Assembly (NCBI GenBank): GCA_963838505.1
Contig: CAWIRG010000013.1
Span: 55,679-119,678 of the forward strand
DNA: 64,000 nucleotides
Source of the DNA: Candidatus Bathyarchaeota archaeon
GTDB taxonomy: Archaea; Thermoproteota; Bathyarchaeia; Bathyarchaeales; Bathycorpusculaceae
Direction: 5' to 3'
The position numbers and the translations under genes were made by a program. Below the pieces are notes generated by a model. That model was given only the letters and a program-made list of their open reading frames with translations, made no database searches and was not told where the DNA came from. Below, piece by piece: positions 46,312 through 56,659 of this stretch (position 1 is the stretch's first letter; every line of letters starts with the position of its first letter).

Positions 46312-46819
46312 CAGACAGTTTATGCTTATTGATTTTAAAGCATTCGACCTACTGATTGTGGATCAATCATCTGAGAGAACTGAAAGGCTATTGCACAGCA
46401 CAGAGATGATTCTCATAAGCAAGAGATTCGATCATGACATGCAAAGACACTGTCAAATCGTTCAGAAGCCTCTATTGGACATGGACTTCCACGCACCGAG
46501 GACTGTTGGCTCTCCGCTACATTTCTACGTGTGTTGTTCCTAGTGAGATTTATGAGACTGATATTGAATAGGAAGTGCGTTCTGTACTCTTTCCATTTGA
46601 GTTCCCAGTAAGGTCTAAATAAATTACACTTTGTTGAGAATCAAAAGAGATTTTGGCAGCAGATGAATAGAAAAAGAGATGGAAGGAACGGCTAATCATT
46701 GCCTAACCAGTTACCAACGTTATGTCGAAATTGCAGAGCAGAAAAACGCTTTGAGAACTTGCTCAAGCATTATGTTATTATGCAAAGGAGAGAATTTGGC
46801 TGAAGATGCTTTGAGTAAA

Positions 46820-46913
46820 AGTTGTCAAGTTTCTTTGACTTGACATCACTCGACTGATGACTGTTTTCGAAGATTTGGACGTTTGTTGTGTCAAGTTTTC
46901 TTGATAAAAAAGG
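46820..46913 (+). promoter_or_regulatory. paired palindromic operator-like sites and A/T-rich box upstream of the ArsR-like gene
   Basis: TGTCAAGT-n7-ACTTGACA at 46823-46845. TGTCAAGTTTTCTTGA at 46889-46904 runs into GATAAAAAA, about 45 nt before the GTG start at 46954. Confidence 0.5.
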
Positions 46914-46953
46914 TTTTCTTTGTGCTATGCCATTAGGCTAGTGGGGAAGACTT

Positions 46954-47742
46954 GTGTCGTTTACAGATGAGGAACCGTATTCAACCATTTTTGCTTCTTT
47001 GAAACATCCTATCCGCCGCAGAATCCTCAGAATGCTATCGAAGAAGTCTATGAGTTTCTCAGAAATGCTTGAGGTTCTGGGAGTTTCCAGTTCTTTTCTC
47101 ACTTACCATCTTGAAAACCTTGGAGAGCTTGTAGGCAAGATGGATGGTGGTAAGTACAAACTGTCCAGCTTTGGGGAAGCCGCAATAACAACAATGACCA
47201 AGGTTGAAGACATCCCAACAACTGTACTTCAGCAATCCCCAGAAACGAAACCAAAGAAAGTCGTAGGAAGAAGTGTCGCCATAGCCTTAGGAATAATCTG
47301 CATTGTCCTAGTAGCTTGTCTAGCTGGAACGATAACTGTTTTGAACACTTCAAATCAAGGAAACACAAATCTTCAAAGTCAAGTGGATGGCCTCACAAGC
47401 ACAATAAACCTGACTAAATCAGAAATTTTCTATAACAACGTAAGCTTGACTGGGCACGGAGGCTACGAAGACCAAAGTGGCAACGAACATTACCCATTTC
47501 AAGTTAATGTGCGTTATTCAGGTTATCTTGGAGTTCAAGTTCAACCATTTGACCCCCATTTTAAGGTTGATGTATCTTGGGATTATCAGGCGACTTATGA
47601 GACGTTTCCGCACCCATACTTTGACTACTTTCGTGAAACCAAATATATTGGTCCTAATGACCCCTTCTTCACTAATGTCACAACAACATACTATCCAGTC
47701 GTGGCTTCTGGCACCAAAGTCCTTATCCAACAACAGTGCTAG
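46954..47742 (+). CDS. membrane-anchored ArsR-family wHTH protein with extracytoplasmic domain
   Basis: FASLKHPIRRRILRMLSKKSMSFSEMLEVLGVSSSFLTYHLENL (ArsR HTH), one TM helix (VAIALGIICIVLVACLAGTI), then a ~130-aa N/T/Y-rich domain. GTG start. Confidence 0.7.
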   Translation: MSFTDEEPYSTIFASLKHPIRRRILRMLSKKSMSFSEMLEVLGVSSSFLTYHLENLGELVGKMDGGKYKLSSFGEAAITTMTKVEDIPTTVLQQSPETKPKKVVGRSVAIALGIICIVLVACLAGTITVLNTSNQGNTNLQSQVDGLTSTINLTKSEIFYNNVSLTGHGGYEDQSGNEHYPFQVNVRYSGYLGVQVQPFDPHFKVDVSWDYQATYETFPHPYFDYFRETKYIGPNDPFFTNVTTTYYPVVASGTKVLIQQQC

Positions 47743-48002
47743 TTGATATCGTAAGCAACTCAAGCTCTCTCTATATTTCAGCAAACGTGACAATCACATA
47801 CTACTACTAGAACCCACTCTCTTTTTCCAGTCTAAAGCCATGCAGTATAGAAGACTCTGGCCAAGCTGAAAGCAGACAATGAACAGAAAGAGGAAAGGAA
47901 TACTGTTCTACATAACTAAGCCTTATCTACACGTACCAGAAACTCTTAGATGCGCAAATGCCCAAGTCCGTGTCTTGCCTTACTCTCCATCAATGAACTA
48001 AA

Positions 48003-48012
48003 CTTTTATAAA
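48003..48012 (+). promoter_or_regulatory. candidate TATA box of the ribosomal protein/RNAP super-operon
   Basis: CTTTTATAAA, about 135 nt upstream of the rps13 ATG. The long leader lowers confidence. Confidence 0.35.
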
Positions 48013-48145
48013 GTGGTATGCTGTTTTCCGTGTTGGTCTAGATGCTACGAGACTGTAAAGTATACGTACAGGTGAGTTGTTTAATTCTCTGTAACCTACA
48101 CTTTGCTTCGTAGTTAGCTTTGAACGATCTCATGGATGGCGATTA

Positions 48146-48631
48146 ATGTCAGACGAGTTCCGCCATAGACTTCGAATAATCGATACCGATGTAGATGGCA
48201 CTTTGAAGGTTTCATATGCATTGGCGAAAATCAAGGGAGTGGGCCCAAGCCTTGCTGATGCGATTCTCAGGAAGGCAGGCATAAGCGCTGACAAGAGAGC
48301 AGGTTTTCTGGCAGAAGCCGAGGTTGAACGGCTGGAACAAATTATAAAGGATCCTGCCAAGAGCGGCTTGCCGGCTTGGATGTTCAATAGAAGGAAGGAG
48401 CTGGAGACAGGGAAAGACATTCACTTGATAAGTTCCGAACTTGTTCTGAGGACGAAGATGGACATAGAGAAGATGAAAGAGATAAAATCCTGGCGCGGGT
48501 ATCGTCATGCGTACGGTTTGAAAGTGAGAGGTCAGAGAACCAAGACAACTGGTAGAGCAGGTAAAGCTCTGGGAGTCAAGAAGAAGACGCTCATGCAGAG
48601 ACCATCTGCAGCTACGGCGGAGAGTAAGTAG
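48146..48631 (+). CDS. rps13: 30S ribosomal protein S13 (uS13)
   Basis: IKGVGPSLADAILRKAGI and SWRGYRHAYGLKVRGQRTKTTGR. Confidence 0.95.
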   Translation: MSDEFRHRLRIIDTDVDGTLKVSYALAKIKGVGPSLADAILRKAGISADKRAGFLAEAEVERLEQIIKDPAKSGLPAWMFNRRKELETGKDIHLISSELVLRTKMDIEKMKEIKSWRGYRHAYGLKVRGQRTKTTGRAGKALGVKKKTLMQRPSAATAESK

Positions 48632-48633
48632 TC

Positions 48634-49203
48634 ATGGGTGACCCGAAAAAACAGAGAAAGAAGTATGACACACCGCGTTTTCCTTGGCGAACAGACATAA
48701 TGCAGGGAGAGCTTAAACTCATCGGCGAATACGCCCTGAGAAACAAACATGAGCTGTGGCGGCATGAAACCATGCTGTCAAAGTTCAGAGGCATAGCACG
48801 TAGGTTGATAGGCGAGACGCCTGAACAGCGCAAGAAGATGGAGAATGAGCTTCTTGCCCGCCTGAAAAAAATAGGTGTTCTCGATGAAACAGCAGTGTTG
48901 GATAATGTTCTGGACTTGACCATAGAAGATGTCCTTGAGCGCAGGTTCGAGACGATTGTTTTTCGCAAGGGCTTGGCAAAAACGATGCAGCAGTCGCGGC
49001 AACTAATCGGCCACGGGCATATGACTGTAGGTAATCGAAGAGTAACAACTCCCGGCTACATTGTGCCGAAAACTGAGGAAAGTCAGATTAGCTACACGCC
49101 GAAGAGCTCACTTGCGAACCCAGCCCATCCGCTTCGCCAGACAATATCAGCAGCACCGGCAGCGGGGCCGACGCCTGCCAGATCACGAAGTGAGGAAGAA
49201 TAA
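48634..49203 (+). CDS. rps4: 30S ribosomal protein S4 (uS4)
   Basis: [18 protein letters not shown] and the S4 domain [35 protein letters not shown]. Confidence 0.95.
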   Translation: MGDPKKQRKKYDTPRFPWRTDIMQGELKLIGEYALRNKHELWRHETMLSKFRGIARRLIGETPEQRKKMENELLARLKKIGVLDETAVLDNVLDLTIEDVLERRFETIVFRKGLAKTMQQSRQLIGHGHMTVGNRRVTTPGYIVPKTEESQISYTPKSSLANPAHPLRQTISAAPAAGPTPARSRSEEE

Positions 49204-49604
49204 TGAGTTCGAGCAAGAGAACCGAGAGGTGGGCGGTCGTCCACATATTCAGTTCATACAACAATACGATTATTCACATAACCGACATTTCTGGAGCAGA
49301 AACGATAGCTCGAGCGTCCGGTGGAATGGTTGTGAAGGCGGATAGGATGGAATCTTCACCCTATGCGGCGATGCGTGCAGCGTCGTTGGCTGCTGATGTA
49401 GCCAGAGACAAAGGGGTAACGGCAATTCACATCAAGGTCAGAGCGCCTGGAGGAGCCGGGCCGAGAACGCCAGGGCCTGGTGCTCAGGCAGCCATCAGAG
49501 CGTTGGCAAGGGCGGGTTTCAGGATTGAACGCATAGAGGAAGTTACGCCTGTACCGCATGATGGCACAAGAAGACCTGGGGGCAGAAGGGGAAGAAGAGT
49601 TTAA
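49203..49604 (+). CDS. rps11: 30S ribosomal protein S11 (uS11)
   Basis: [17 protein letters not shown] and [32 protein letters not shown]. Confidence 0.95.
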   Translation: MSSSKRTERWAVVHIFSSYNNTIIHITDISGAETIARASGGMVVKADRMESSPYAAMRAASLAADVARDKGVTAIHIKVRAPGGAGPRTPGPGAQAAIRALARAGFRIERIEEVTPVPHDGTRRPGGRRGRRV

Positions 49605-49708
49605 GAGATTCATACGATTCTTCTTCTGACAGAAAAATTGAAATAATGCACCAATGTTCTATTGAGCGGCACAGCAAAGTGGAGCATTGTTACGGGGTGT
49701 CCTGTTAA

Positions 49709-50530
49709 GTGGAAATAAAGGTGCTTGAACGAGACGAAACAAACATGCGTTTGCTTATTCGAGGAGTTGATGTTCCATTCATGAATGCGTTGAGAAGAAT
49801 CGTGACGTCTGAGGTTCCGAGCATGGCCATCGATGAAATTGTAATTGTAGAGAATTCTTCCATACTGCAGGATGAGACCATCGCTCACCGAATGGGGCTT
49901 ATTCCGCTTAAGACCGACTTGGACAGTTATAACCTGCCGGAAGAATGTCCCTGCCAAAGCGAGTTCGGATGCAACCTGTGCCGCGTCACTCTCTCGTTGG
50001 ACGTGGGAGCTAAGGATGGGACGCGAACGGTGTATTCAGGCGACTTGGTTTCAGAGAACCCAAACGTTGTGCCCGTGAGCGACAGGATCCCGATATTGAA
50101 ACTGGCTAAGGAGCAAAAGATGAAGCTAGAGGCGTATGCGAGACTTGGAAAAGGCAAGAACCACGCGAAATGGGAACCAGTTTCAATGTGCGCTTACAAG
50201 TATTACCCTAAAATTGACATCACGAAGAACTGTAGCACATGTGGAAAATGCGTGGAGATATGTCCGAGGAGGGTTCTTGTGAAGAAAGGTGACAAGATTG
50301 AAGTGAATGATTTGATCGCTTGCACTCTCTGTCAAGACTGTGTCAAGGCTTGTCCAGAAAGGCCTCCGGCAATACTGGTGTCAGGAGAAGAAAATGCGTT
50401 CATGTTGAACTTGGAGTCTACAGGTGCGCTTCCTCCCGAAAGGATCGTTGCTGAGGCAAGCAAGATATTGGACAAGCATTTGAAAGAGCTCGAAGACGAA
50501 TTCAAGGTGAAAAAGAGTGAAAAGAGCTAG
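49709..50530 (+). CDS. rpoD: DNA-directed RNA polymerase subunit D (Rpo3) with ferredoxin-like Fe-S domain
   Basis: PFMNALRRIVTSEVPSMAIDEI, plus two Cys clusters, CSTCGKCVEICP and CTLCQDCVKACP. GTG start. Confidence 0.9.
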   Translation: MEIKVLERDETNMRLLIRGVDVPFMNALRRIVTSEVPSMAIDEIVIVENSSILQDETIAHRMGLIPLKTDLDSYNLPEECPCQSEFGCNLCRVTLSLDVGAKDGTRTVYSGDLVSENPNVVPVSDRIPILKLAKEQKMKLEAYARLGKGKNHAKWEPVSMCAYKYYPKIDITKNCSTCGKCVEICPRRVLVKKGDKIEVNDLIACTLCQDCVKACPERPPAILVSGEENAFMLNLESTGALPPERIVAEASKILDKHLKELEDEFKVKKSEKS

Positions 50531-50879
50531 AACGACGAATCAGGAACTCTTGGAACTTGTGAGTTCCCTCAAGAAACAAAGCAGAGAAAACAAAGTGGAA
50601 ATCTGGCGGAACATCGCTGAACGTTTGCTGAAATCTAGAAGAAGGCGTATAGCAGTGAACCTAAGCCGTCTGAGCAGACACACGTCAAGGAATGAGACAG
50701 TGGCGGTTCCGGGCAAGGTGCTGGCCACGGGTGAGATGACCCATCCTGTAACTGTAGCCGCTTATGCCTTCTCTGGAAAAGCCCAGGAAAAGATAAAAGC
50801 CGCAAAGGGGAAATGCGTGTCTTTCTCGGACCTTGCGAAGAAGAATCCGAAAGGTTCGAACGTCAAGATAATTGGGTGA
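50517..50879 (+). CDS. rpl18e: 50S ribosomal protein L18e
   Basis: TNQELLELVSSLKK...IWRNIAERL...VNLSRLSR...VAVPGKVLATGE is the L18e pattern. GTG start overlapping the rpoD end. Confidence 0.9.
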   Translation: MKRARTTNQELLELVSSLKKQSRENKVEIWRNIAERLLKSRRRRIAVNLSRLSRHTSRNETVAVPGKVLATGEMTHPVTVAAYAFSGKAQEKIKAAKGKCVSFSDLAKKNPKGSNVKIIG

Positions 50880-50884
50880 GAAAA

Positions 50885-51328
50885 ATGGAGACATTGAACA
50901 GGGCCCCCATCGTCATAGATGCTGACGGGCTCATCCTAGGCAGGATGGCAAGCACAGTTGCGAAGAACTTGCTGCAAGGCGAAAATGTGATAATAGTAAA
51001 CGCCGAAAAAACCGTTGTTTCAGGAAGAAGAAAGAGCAAAGTGAACGAAGCAAAGGAATTCTTGGACGTGGGAGGCGTGGGAAGAGGGCCCTTCCACTAC
51101 CGAAGACCAGATAGAATAGTAAGAAAAGCCGTTAAAGGTATGCTTCCGATCAGACAGCCAAAGGGTCTTCACGCATATAGGAGACTCCACGTTTTCATAG
51201 GAATCCCGGATAATCTTAAGGGTCAGAAGATGTGCACTGTGGAGGATGCACAGGCCAAGAAGCTGACCTGCGCGTATTTCACAGTCAGCGAACTCGCGAA
51301 AGGAATAGGCTGGAATCAGGGAGGATGA
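50885..51328 (+). CDS. rpl13: 50S ribosomal protein L13 (uL13)
   Basis: VIDADGLILGRMASTVAKNLLQGENVIIVNAEK. ATG at 50885 inside ORF 50813..51328. Confidence 0.93.
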   Translation: METLNRAPIVIDADGLILGRMASTVAKNLLQGENVIIVNAEKTVVSGRRKSKVNEAKEFLDVGGVGRGPFHYRRPDRIVRKAVKGMLPIRQPKGLHAYRRLHVFIGIPDNLKGQKMCTVEDAQAKKLTCAYFTVSELAKGIGWNQGG

Positions 51329-51330
51329 AT

Positions 51331-51741
51331 ATGCCCGCAAAAAAGAGTCTAGTTGTCAGCGGAAAAAGAAAAACAGCCACTGCACGCGCAGTAGTGAGAC
51401 CTGGAACAGGCAAAGTGCGAATAAACAGAATTCCAGTGGAGATTTTCGAGCCCGACATCGCCCGTGAGAAGATCATGGAGCCGCTTATACAGGCGGGAGA
51501 TGAGATTCGCAGGCAGTTGGACGTTGACGTTAAGATGTCAGGAGGAGGCTACGTGGGACAGGCTGATGCGGCCAGAATGGCCATTGCAAACGCCATTCTG
51601 AAATGGACGAAGAGCACACATCTGCGCACTGTTTTTGCTGAATACGACAGGACAATGATTGCAGGAGACACCAGAAAAAAGGAACCCAAGAAGTTCGGAG
51701 GACCTGGAGCACGGTCGAGAAACCAAAAGAGCTACAGATAG
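51331..51741 (+). CDS. rps9: 30S ribosomal protein S9 (uS9)
   Basis: [23 protein letters not shown] and the C-terminal [10 protein letters not shown]. An alternative ATG at 51325 overlaps the L13 stop. Confidence 0.93.
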   Translation: MPAKKSLVVSGKRKTATARAVVRPGTGKVRINRIPVEIFEPDIAREKIMEPLIQAGDEIRRQLDVDVKMSGGGYVGQADAARMAIANAILKWTKSTHLRTVFAEYDRTMIAGDTRKKEPKKFGGPGARSRNQKSYR

Positions 51742-51754
51742 AGGCCTGTGTCTG

Positions 51755-51985
51755 ATGATTATACCCGTGAGATGTTTCACTTGTGGCAAACTGATTGGAG
51801 ACAAGTGGGAGGAATTCGCTAGAAGGGTCAAGGCAGGAGAGAATGCTGGAGAAGTGTTGGACAACCTTGCACTCAAACGTTATTGTTGCAGACGTATGCT
51901 TCTGTCGCACGTTGAGATACTTGACGAAGTTTTGCGGTTCTATGAAGAGGCCGAGAAACGGAAAGAGGCAAGAAGCTATTACTAG
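51755..51985 (+). CDS. rpoN: DNA-directed RNA polymerase subunit N (Rpo10)
   Basis: [21 protein letters not shown]...[14 protein letters not shown]. Confidence 0.92.
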   Translation: MIIPVRCFTCGKLIGDKWEEFARRVKAGENAGEVLDNLALKRYCCRRMLLSHVEILDEVLRFYEEAEKRKEARSYY

Positions 51986-52006
51986 ACTAGTTGAAGGAGA
52001 AATCTG

Positions 52007-53272
52007 ATGTCTACGATTATTGAGGATGTAATTGCCAGGAAAGTGTTCAACAATCGAGGAGAGGAAACGATAGAAGTCGACATCATAACAACTTCTGGTT
52101 TCGGCAGGGTTGCGGCTCCTGCGGGCAAAAGCCGTGGAAAGGCAGAAGTTGTCTATTATCCACAAGGCGGAGTGGATCAAGCAGTGAAAAAAGTCGAAGA
52201 AGACATAACACCTGAGATAGTGGGTTTAGGCGCCGACTCTCAGGAAGAGATCGACAAAACCCTGCATGATATCGATGGTTCAAAGGATTTTCGAGTGATA
52301 GGCGGTAACACAGCGTTCGCCATATCGTTGGCCACAGCAGAGGCTGCGGCAAACTCTTCAGGGCTCCTGCTGTTTCAGTACTTGGGAGGGCATATCGCGC
52401 ATGAACTTCCGTTTCCACTCGGCAACACCATAAGCGGCGGACAGCATGCTCAAGGGGAAAAGTCCCCTGACATGCAGGAGTTTCTAGTTCTCGCGCATGG
52501 TGCAGAATCTTTTTTGGAGGCTGCTACGGCTAATATTCAGGTTCACAGAAGAGTCGGTGAGGCCCTCGGTAAGAAGGACAAACTTTTCGGTGCAGGAAAG
52601 AGTGACGAGGGTGCTTGGGTTGCCAATATCAGAGACATGGAGGCGTTGGAAATTATGGTAGCGGCATGTGAGGAGGTAGGTGCGGAACTGGGCGTCGAAA
52701 GTGGTGCGGGCCTTGATGTTGCATCATCATCGATGTGGAACAGCAAGGACAAAACCTATAATTATCAGAGAGAGAAGAAGAAGAGAGATTCAGGTGAACA
52801 ACTTGAATTCATTCTTGAGCTCATAAAGAAGTATCATCTGGTCTATGTTGAAGACCCATTTCATGAAGAGGATTTTTCAGCATTCGCAGAGTTGACGAAG
52901 AAAGCAAAGAACTGTCTAATATGCGGAGACGACATTTTCACGACGAACAGCGAAAGGCTGAGCCGCGGGATAAAAATACACGCGGCTAATTCCATCATAA
53001 TAAAGGTCAACCAGATAGGCACCTTAACCGACGCTTGGGAAACCATTGAAATGGCAAAGAGAAATGGAATTGAGCCGATTATGTCTCATCGTTCAGGAGA
53101 CACCTGCGACTGGCACATAGCTCACTTGGCACCGGCTTTCAGGTGCCCGATAATAAAGACGGGGGTTGTTGAGGGTTCTCGCATAGCGAAAATAAACGAG
53201 TTAATAAGGATCGAAGAGTTTCTTGGAGAAAGAGCAACGATGGCTAATCTTGAGATGCTTCAGGGAGGATAG
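52007..53272 (+). CDS. eno: enolase
   Basis: ARKVFNNRGEETIEVD, GDDIFTTN, IIKVNQIGTLT and SHRSGDT. Confidence 0.93.
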   Translation: MSTIIEDVIARKVFNNRGEETIEVDIITTSGFGRVAAPAGKSRGKAEVVYYPQGGVDQAVKKVEEDITPEIVGLGADSQEEIDKTLHDIDGSKDFRVIGGNTAFAISLATAEAAANSSGLLLFQYLGGHIAHELPFPLGNTISGGQHAQGEKSPDMQEFLVLAHGAESFLEAATANIQVHRRVGEALGKKDKLFGAGKSDEGAWVANIRDMEALEIMVAACEEVGAELGVESGAGLDVASSSMWNSKDKTYNYQREKKKRDSGEQLEFILELIKKYHLVYVEDPFHEEDFSAFAELTKKAKNCLICGDDIFTTNSERLSRGIKIHAANSIIIKVNQIGTLTDAWETIEMAKRNGIEPIMSHRSGDTCDWHIAHLAPAFRCPIIKTGVVEGSRIAKINELIRIEEFLGERATMANLEMLQGG

Positions 53273-53276
53273 AATC

Positions 53277-54020
53277 TTGTCTGACGATGAAGAGAGCAAA
53301 GAGAATATTCCAGAAGAAAACGAAAGTGAAGAGATAGAAGAAGTGAAGCTGACAGAGGAAAGTAAAGGGGAGAACACGGAACTGCCAGCAGAAAGCGTCC
53401 CAGAAGAGGAACTCCTGATGTCCCGAGACGTGTTGCTGTCCGCTGGAATACACATTGGAACCCGGATGAAGACTGGCGACATGGAGCAGTTCATCTACCG
53501 GGTCAGAGCCGACGGGCTGTTCGTCTTGGACATCAAGAAAACAGACGATCGCATACGAGTAGCGGGCAAGTTTCTGGCACGTTTTGAACCTGGAAAAATC
53601 GCCGCGGCCGCTGCTAGACTTTACGCGCAAGAGCCTGTGAGCAAATTCTGTCAGTTGACAGGGGCGACTCCGGTAGTCGGCCGATTCATTCCAGGACTGT
53701 TGTCAAACCCGTTGTATCCTAACCGCATAGAACCCGAGGTGCTCATAGTGTCCGACCCTCGAGCTGACATTCAAGCCGTCAAAGAAGCGGCCTCAGTGGG
53801 AATACCTGTCGTTGCTTTATGCAGCACTGACAACGAGTTTAACGGCGTAGATATGGTCGTTCCGACGAATAACAAGGGTCGACGAGCTTTGGCTGTAATC
53901 TACTGGCTCTTGGCAAGGCAAACGTTGCGCGAGAGAGGCGAACTGGCAATGGACAAAAATCCCCCTCTGACGGTTGACGACTTTGAAGCGAAAATCGCCA
54001 GAGAGGAGGAGGAAACCTAG
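53277..54020 (+). CDS. rps2: 30S ribosomal protein S2 (uS2) with acidic N-terminal extension
   Basis: LLSAGIHIGTRMKTGDMEQFIYRVRADGLFVLDIKKTDDRIRVAGKFLA. TTG at 53277 follows GGAGG (53265-53269). ORF-track ATG at 53223 overlaps eno by 50 nt and seems less likely. Confidence 0.88.
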   Translation: MSDDEESKENIPEENESEEIEEVKLTEESKGENTELPAESVPEEELLMSRDVLLSAGIHIGTRMKTGDMEQFIYRVRADGLFVLDIKKTDDRIRVAGKFLARFEPGKIAAAAARLYAQEPVSKFCQLTGATPVVGRFIPGLLSNPLYPNRIEPEVLIVSDPRADIQAVKEAASVGIPVVALCSTDNEFNGVDMVVPTNNKGRRALAVIYWLLARQTLRERGELAMDKNPPLTVDDFEAKIAREEEET

Positions 54021-54024
54021 TTTA

Positions 54025-54876
54025 ATGGTGAAGGTTAGGCGCCCATGCCAAGCCGGAGCTTTTTATGAGGACACGTATGATGCGTTGAAACGACAAATAG
54101 AAGAGTGTTTCACTGGCAAGTTTGGACCAGGCGAACTCCCTGAAGTCGCCAAAACCGCTAACAAAAGAGTAATCGGGCTTGTATGTCCGCACGCGGGCTA
54201 TATGTTTTCAGGACCCGTGGCCGCGCACGCCTACTTCGAACTCGCTCTTGACGGCAAACCCGACGTTGTAGTCATTCTCGGTCCGAATCACACGGGTTAC
54301 GGTAGCGGCTTAGCCATAATGAATGAGGGTGTGTGGCATACACCGCTGGGCGACGTTGAAGTGGACAGGGAAACGGCAAATCAAATCGTTCATGAGTCAA
54401 ACATCGTGGACATTGATGATTCAGCACACAGTCATGAGCATTCAATCGAAGTTCAGCTTCCGTTTCTTCAGTATCTCTACGGCTCGTCGTTCAAGTTTGT
54501 GCCGATCTGCTTTCTGATGCAGGATTTGTCATCAGCCAGAGAGGTCGGACAGGCCGTTGCCAAGGTTTTGCTCAACAAGAATGCCGTCATCATAGCTTCC
54601 TCAGACATGACTCACTATGAACCTCAGAAAAACGCTGAAAGTAAAGACGCGAAAGCTCTTGAGGCTTTGAAAGCCTTGGATGAAGTTCGTTTTCAATCAA
54701 CGATCGAAACACATAACATCACCGCTTGTGGCCACGGTCCAATAGTCTCTTTGATTACTGCCGCAAAGATGCTTGGAGGAAAAGAGGCAAAATTATTATG
54801 CTATAAGACCAGTGGAGATGTGACTGGCGACTTCTCAAGCGTAGTTGGGTATGCCGCCATGTGTTTCAAGAAATAG
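54025..54876 (+). CDS. MEMO1-family protein (AmmeMemoRadiSam system protein B)
   Basis: RRPCQAGAFYE, VCPHAGYMFSGPVAAHAY, SHEHSIEVQLPFLQY and SSDMTHY. Confidence 0.88.
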   Translation: MVKVRRPCQAGAFYEDTYDALKRQIEECFTGKFGPGELPEVAKTANKRVIGLVCPHAGYMFSGPVAAHAYFELALDGKPDVVVILGPNHTGYGSGLAIMNEGVWHTPLGDVEVDRETANQIVHESNIVDIDDSAHSHEHSIEVQLPFLQYLYGSSFKFVPICFLMQDLSSAREVGQAVAKVLLNKNAVIIASSDMTHYEPQKNAESKDAKALEALKALDEVRFQSTIETHNITACGHGPIVSLITAAKMLGGKEAKLLCYKTSGDVTGDFSSVVGYAAMCFKK

Positions 54877-54885
54877 TGGTGTGGA

Positions 54886-55869
54886 ATGGGGGTCGTTGCC
54901 TCAGCTCCCGCTAAAGTTATCCTCTTCGGAGAACACTTCGTAGTTTACGGGGAGCCCGCAATCGTTCTGGCGATAGACCGACGAGCATCTGTGACCGTTG
55001 ATCGCGGCGTCGACAGACGCATCCACGTGCAATCTGAGAACCTTGGTGTTATGGGTTATTTCGAGAACGGAGAGTTTAGAGTCGAAAAAGGAGACGCAAG
55101 GGAAGCAGGGCTGAGATTCGAAGCAATAAAGGTGGCCGCCGAAAAAGTCATGAGCAAATGCGGAGAAAAAGTCGGACTGAACATTGATATCAAGTCATCT
55201 GTTCCCGTAGCGGCAGGTTTGGGCTCCTCAGCCGCTGTCATAGCCGCAGTAACCGCAGCAACTGGTTCACTCTTAAAAGTGGAGATGTCCAGAGAGGATA
55301 TCTTCCGCGTCACATGCGAGGCTGAGAAGGCTGTACACGGCACCACTTCAGGTGTAGACCCTGCCATTTCAACCTTCGGCGGTGCACTTCTCTTTCAGAT
55401 GGATACTGGCTTCAAGCCATTGGAAATTAAAGGAGACATCCCGCTTGTGGTTGGAGACACGGGCGTGCAGAGATCCACGCGGGTCCAGGTTGAAAAAGTA
55501 CGAAGCATGATGGAAGACTATCCGAATCTCTTTGAGGCGTTGCGAAAAGCGGCTAGAGAAATCGTTCTGCTGGCCATCGACGCGCTAAAAGAAAACGATC
55601 TAGCTACTATTGGAGAGTTGATGAATGTCAATCAGGCCCTGCTGTATGGATTGGGGGTCTCTGACGAGTCGCTCGAATGGCTGATAAACGCTTCTCGTAA
55701 GGCTGGAGCGTTAGGCGCAAAGTTGACGGGAGCAGGTGGCGGCGGATGCATGGTTGCATTGGCGAAGGACGAAAAGCTTGACCGCGTTGTTGATGCAATA
55801 GCTAGGGCTGGTGGAAAACCGTTCATAGCCAAGAAAACAGACGAGGGAGTAAAAGTTGAGCAAGACTGA
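54886..55869 (+). CDS. mvk: mevalonate kinase
   Basis: APAKVILFGEHFVVYG, GLGSSAAV and KLTGAGGGGCMVAL (GHMP kinase motifs). Confidence 0.93.
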   Translation: MGVVASAPAKVILFGEHFVVYGEPAIVLAIDRRASVTVDRGVDRRIHVQSENLGVMGYFENGEFRVEKGDAREAGLRFEAIKVAAEKVMSKCGEKVGLNIDIKSSVPVAAGLGSSAAVIAAVTAATGSLLKVEMSREDIFRVTCEAEKAVHGTTSGVDPAISTFGGALLFQMDTGFKPLEIKGDIPLVVGDTGVQRSTRVQVEKVRSMMEDYPNLFEALRKAAREIVLLAIDALKENDLATIGELMNVNQALLYGLGVSDESLEWLINASRKAGALGAKLTGAGGGGCMVALAKDEKLDRVVDAIARAGGKPFIAKKTDEGVKVEQD

Positions 55870-56656
55870 AGTTACAATCCTCAAGATCGGCGGATCCGTT
55901 ATTACTGACAAGAATGGGGAGCTTGCTGCTCGAACTCAAGAAATAGACCGTGTGACAGGAGAGATTCAGGCGGCCAACGTCAGAAACTTGATAATTGTCC
56001 ATGGAGGCGGAAGCTTTGGCCATCCTTTAGCTCAGAAATACCGGATAAAGGAGGGGCTGAAAGAGGATTCACAGAAGATTGGTTTTTCAGAAACTCACCA
56101 TGTTATGACCGTGCTGAATGGCTTGATGATGGATTGTCTCATTGGGCACGGTGTTCCTGCAGTGAGTGTCACTCCTTCATCATGCATAGTAACAGAAAAT
56201 GGAAGAATGAAGCATTTCGAGGATACACCCTTAAGAAAGCTGCTGCAACTGGGATTCACCCCAGTTCTCTATGGAGATGCGGTTCTAGACTTGAAGCAGG
56301 GCTTCACCATCCTTTCAGGCGACCAGCTTGTGTCATCACTGGCTGTAAGGTTCAACGCGGACCGCATAGTAATGGGCGTCGATGTGGACGGACTTTATGA
56401 CGCTGATCCCAAGATGGAGAAAAAAGCTAGACTGCTTAGGAATGTGACGCTGGAAGAACTAAGAGAACTTCAGAAAAAGCTACGCAAGCCGATGTCTTGT
56501 GATGTTACAGGCGGGATGTACGGCAAGGTGGCAGAGCTCTTGGCGGCTGTGGAGCATGGAATCTCTGTAACGTTGGTGAATGCGTCAAAGGCCGGGAACA
56601 TACGCGACGTCCTTGAAGGAAAGACGGTTGAGGGCACGATCATAAGGAAGGAATAG
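55856..56656 (+). CDS. ipk: isopentenyl phosphate kinase
   Basis: ILKIGGSVITDK, VHGGGSFGH and ILSGDQL (amino-acid-kinase fold, IPK pattern). TTG start overlapping the mvk end. Confidence 0.9.
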   Translation: MSKTEVTILKIGGSVITDKNGELAARTQEIDRVTGEIQAANVRNLIIVHGGGSFGHPLAQKYRIKEGLKEDSQKIGFSETHHVMTVLNGLMMDCLIGHGVPAVSVTPSSCIVTENGRMKHFEDTPLRKLLQLGFTPVLYGDAVLDLKQGFTILSGDQLVSSLAVRFNADRIVMGVDVDGLYDADPKMEKKARLLRNVTLEELRELQKKLRKPMSCDVTGGMYGKVAELLAAVEHGISVTLVNASKAGNIRDVLEGKTVEGTIIRKE

Positions 56657-56659
56657 ACT

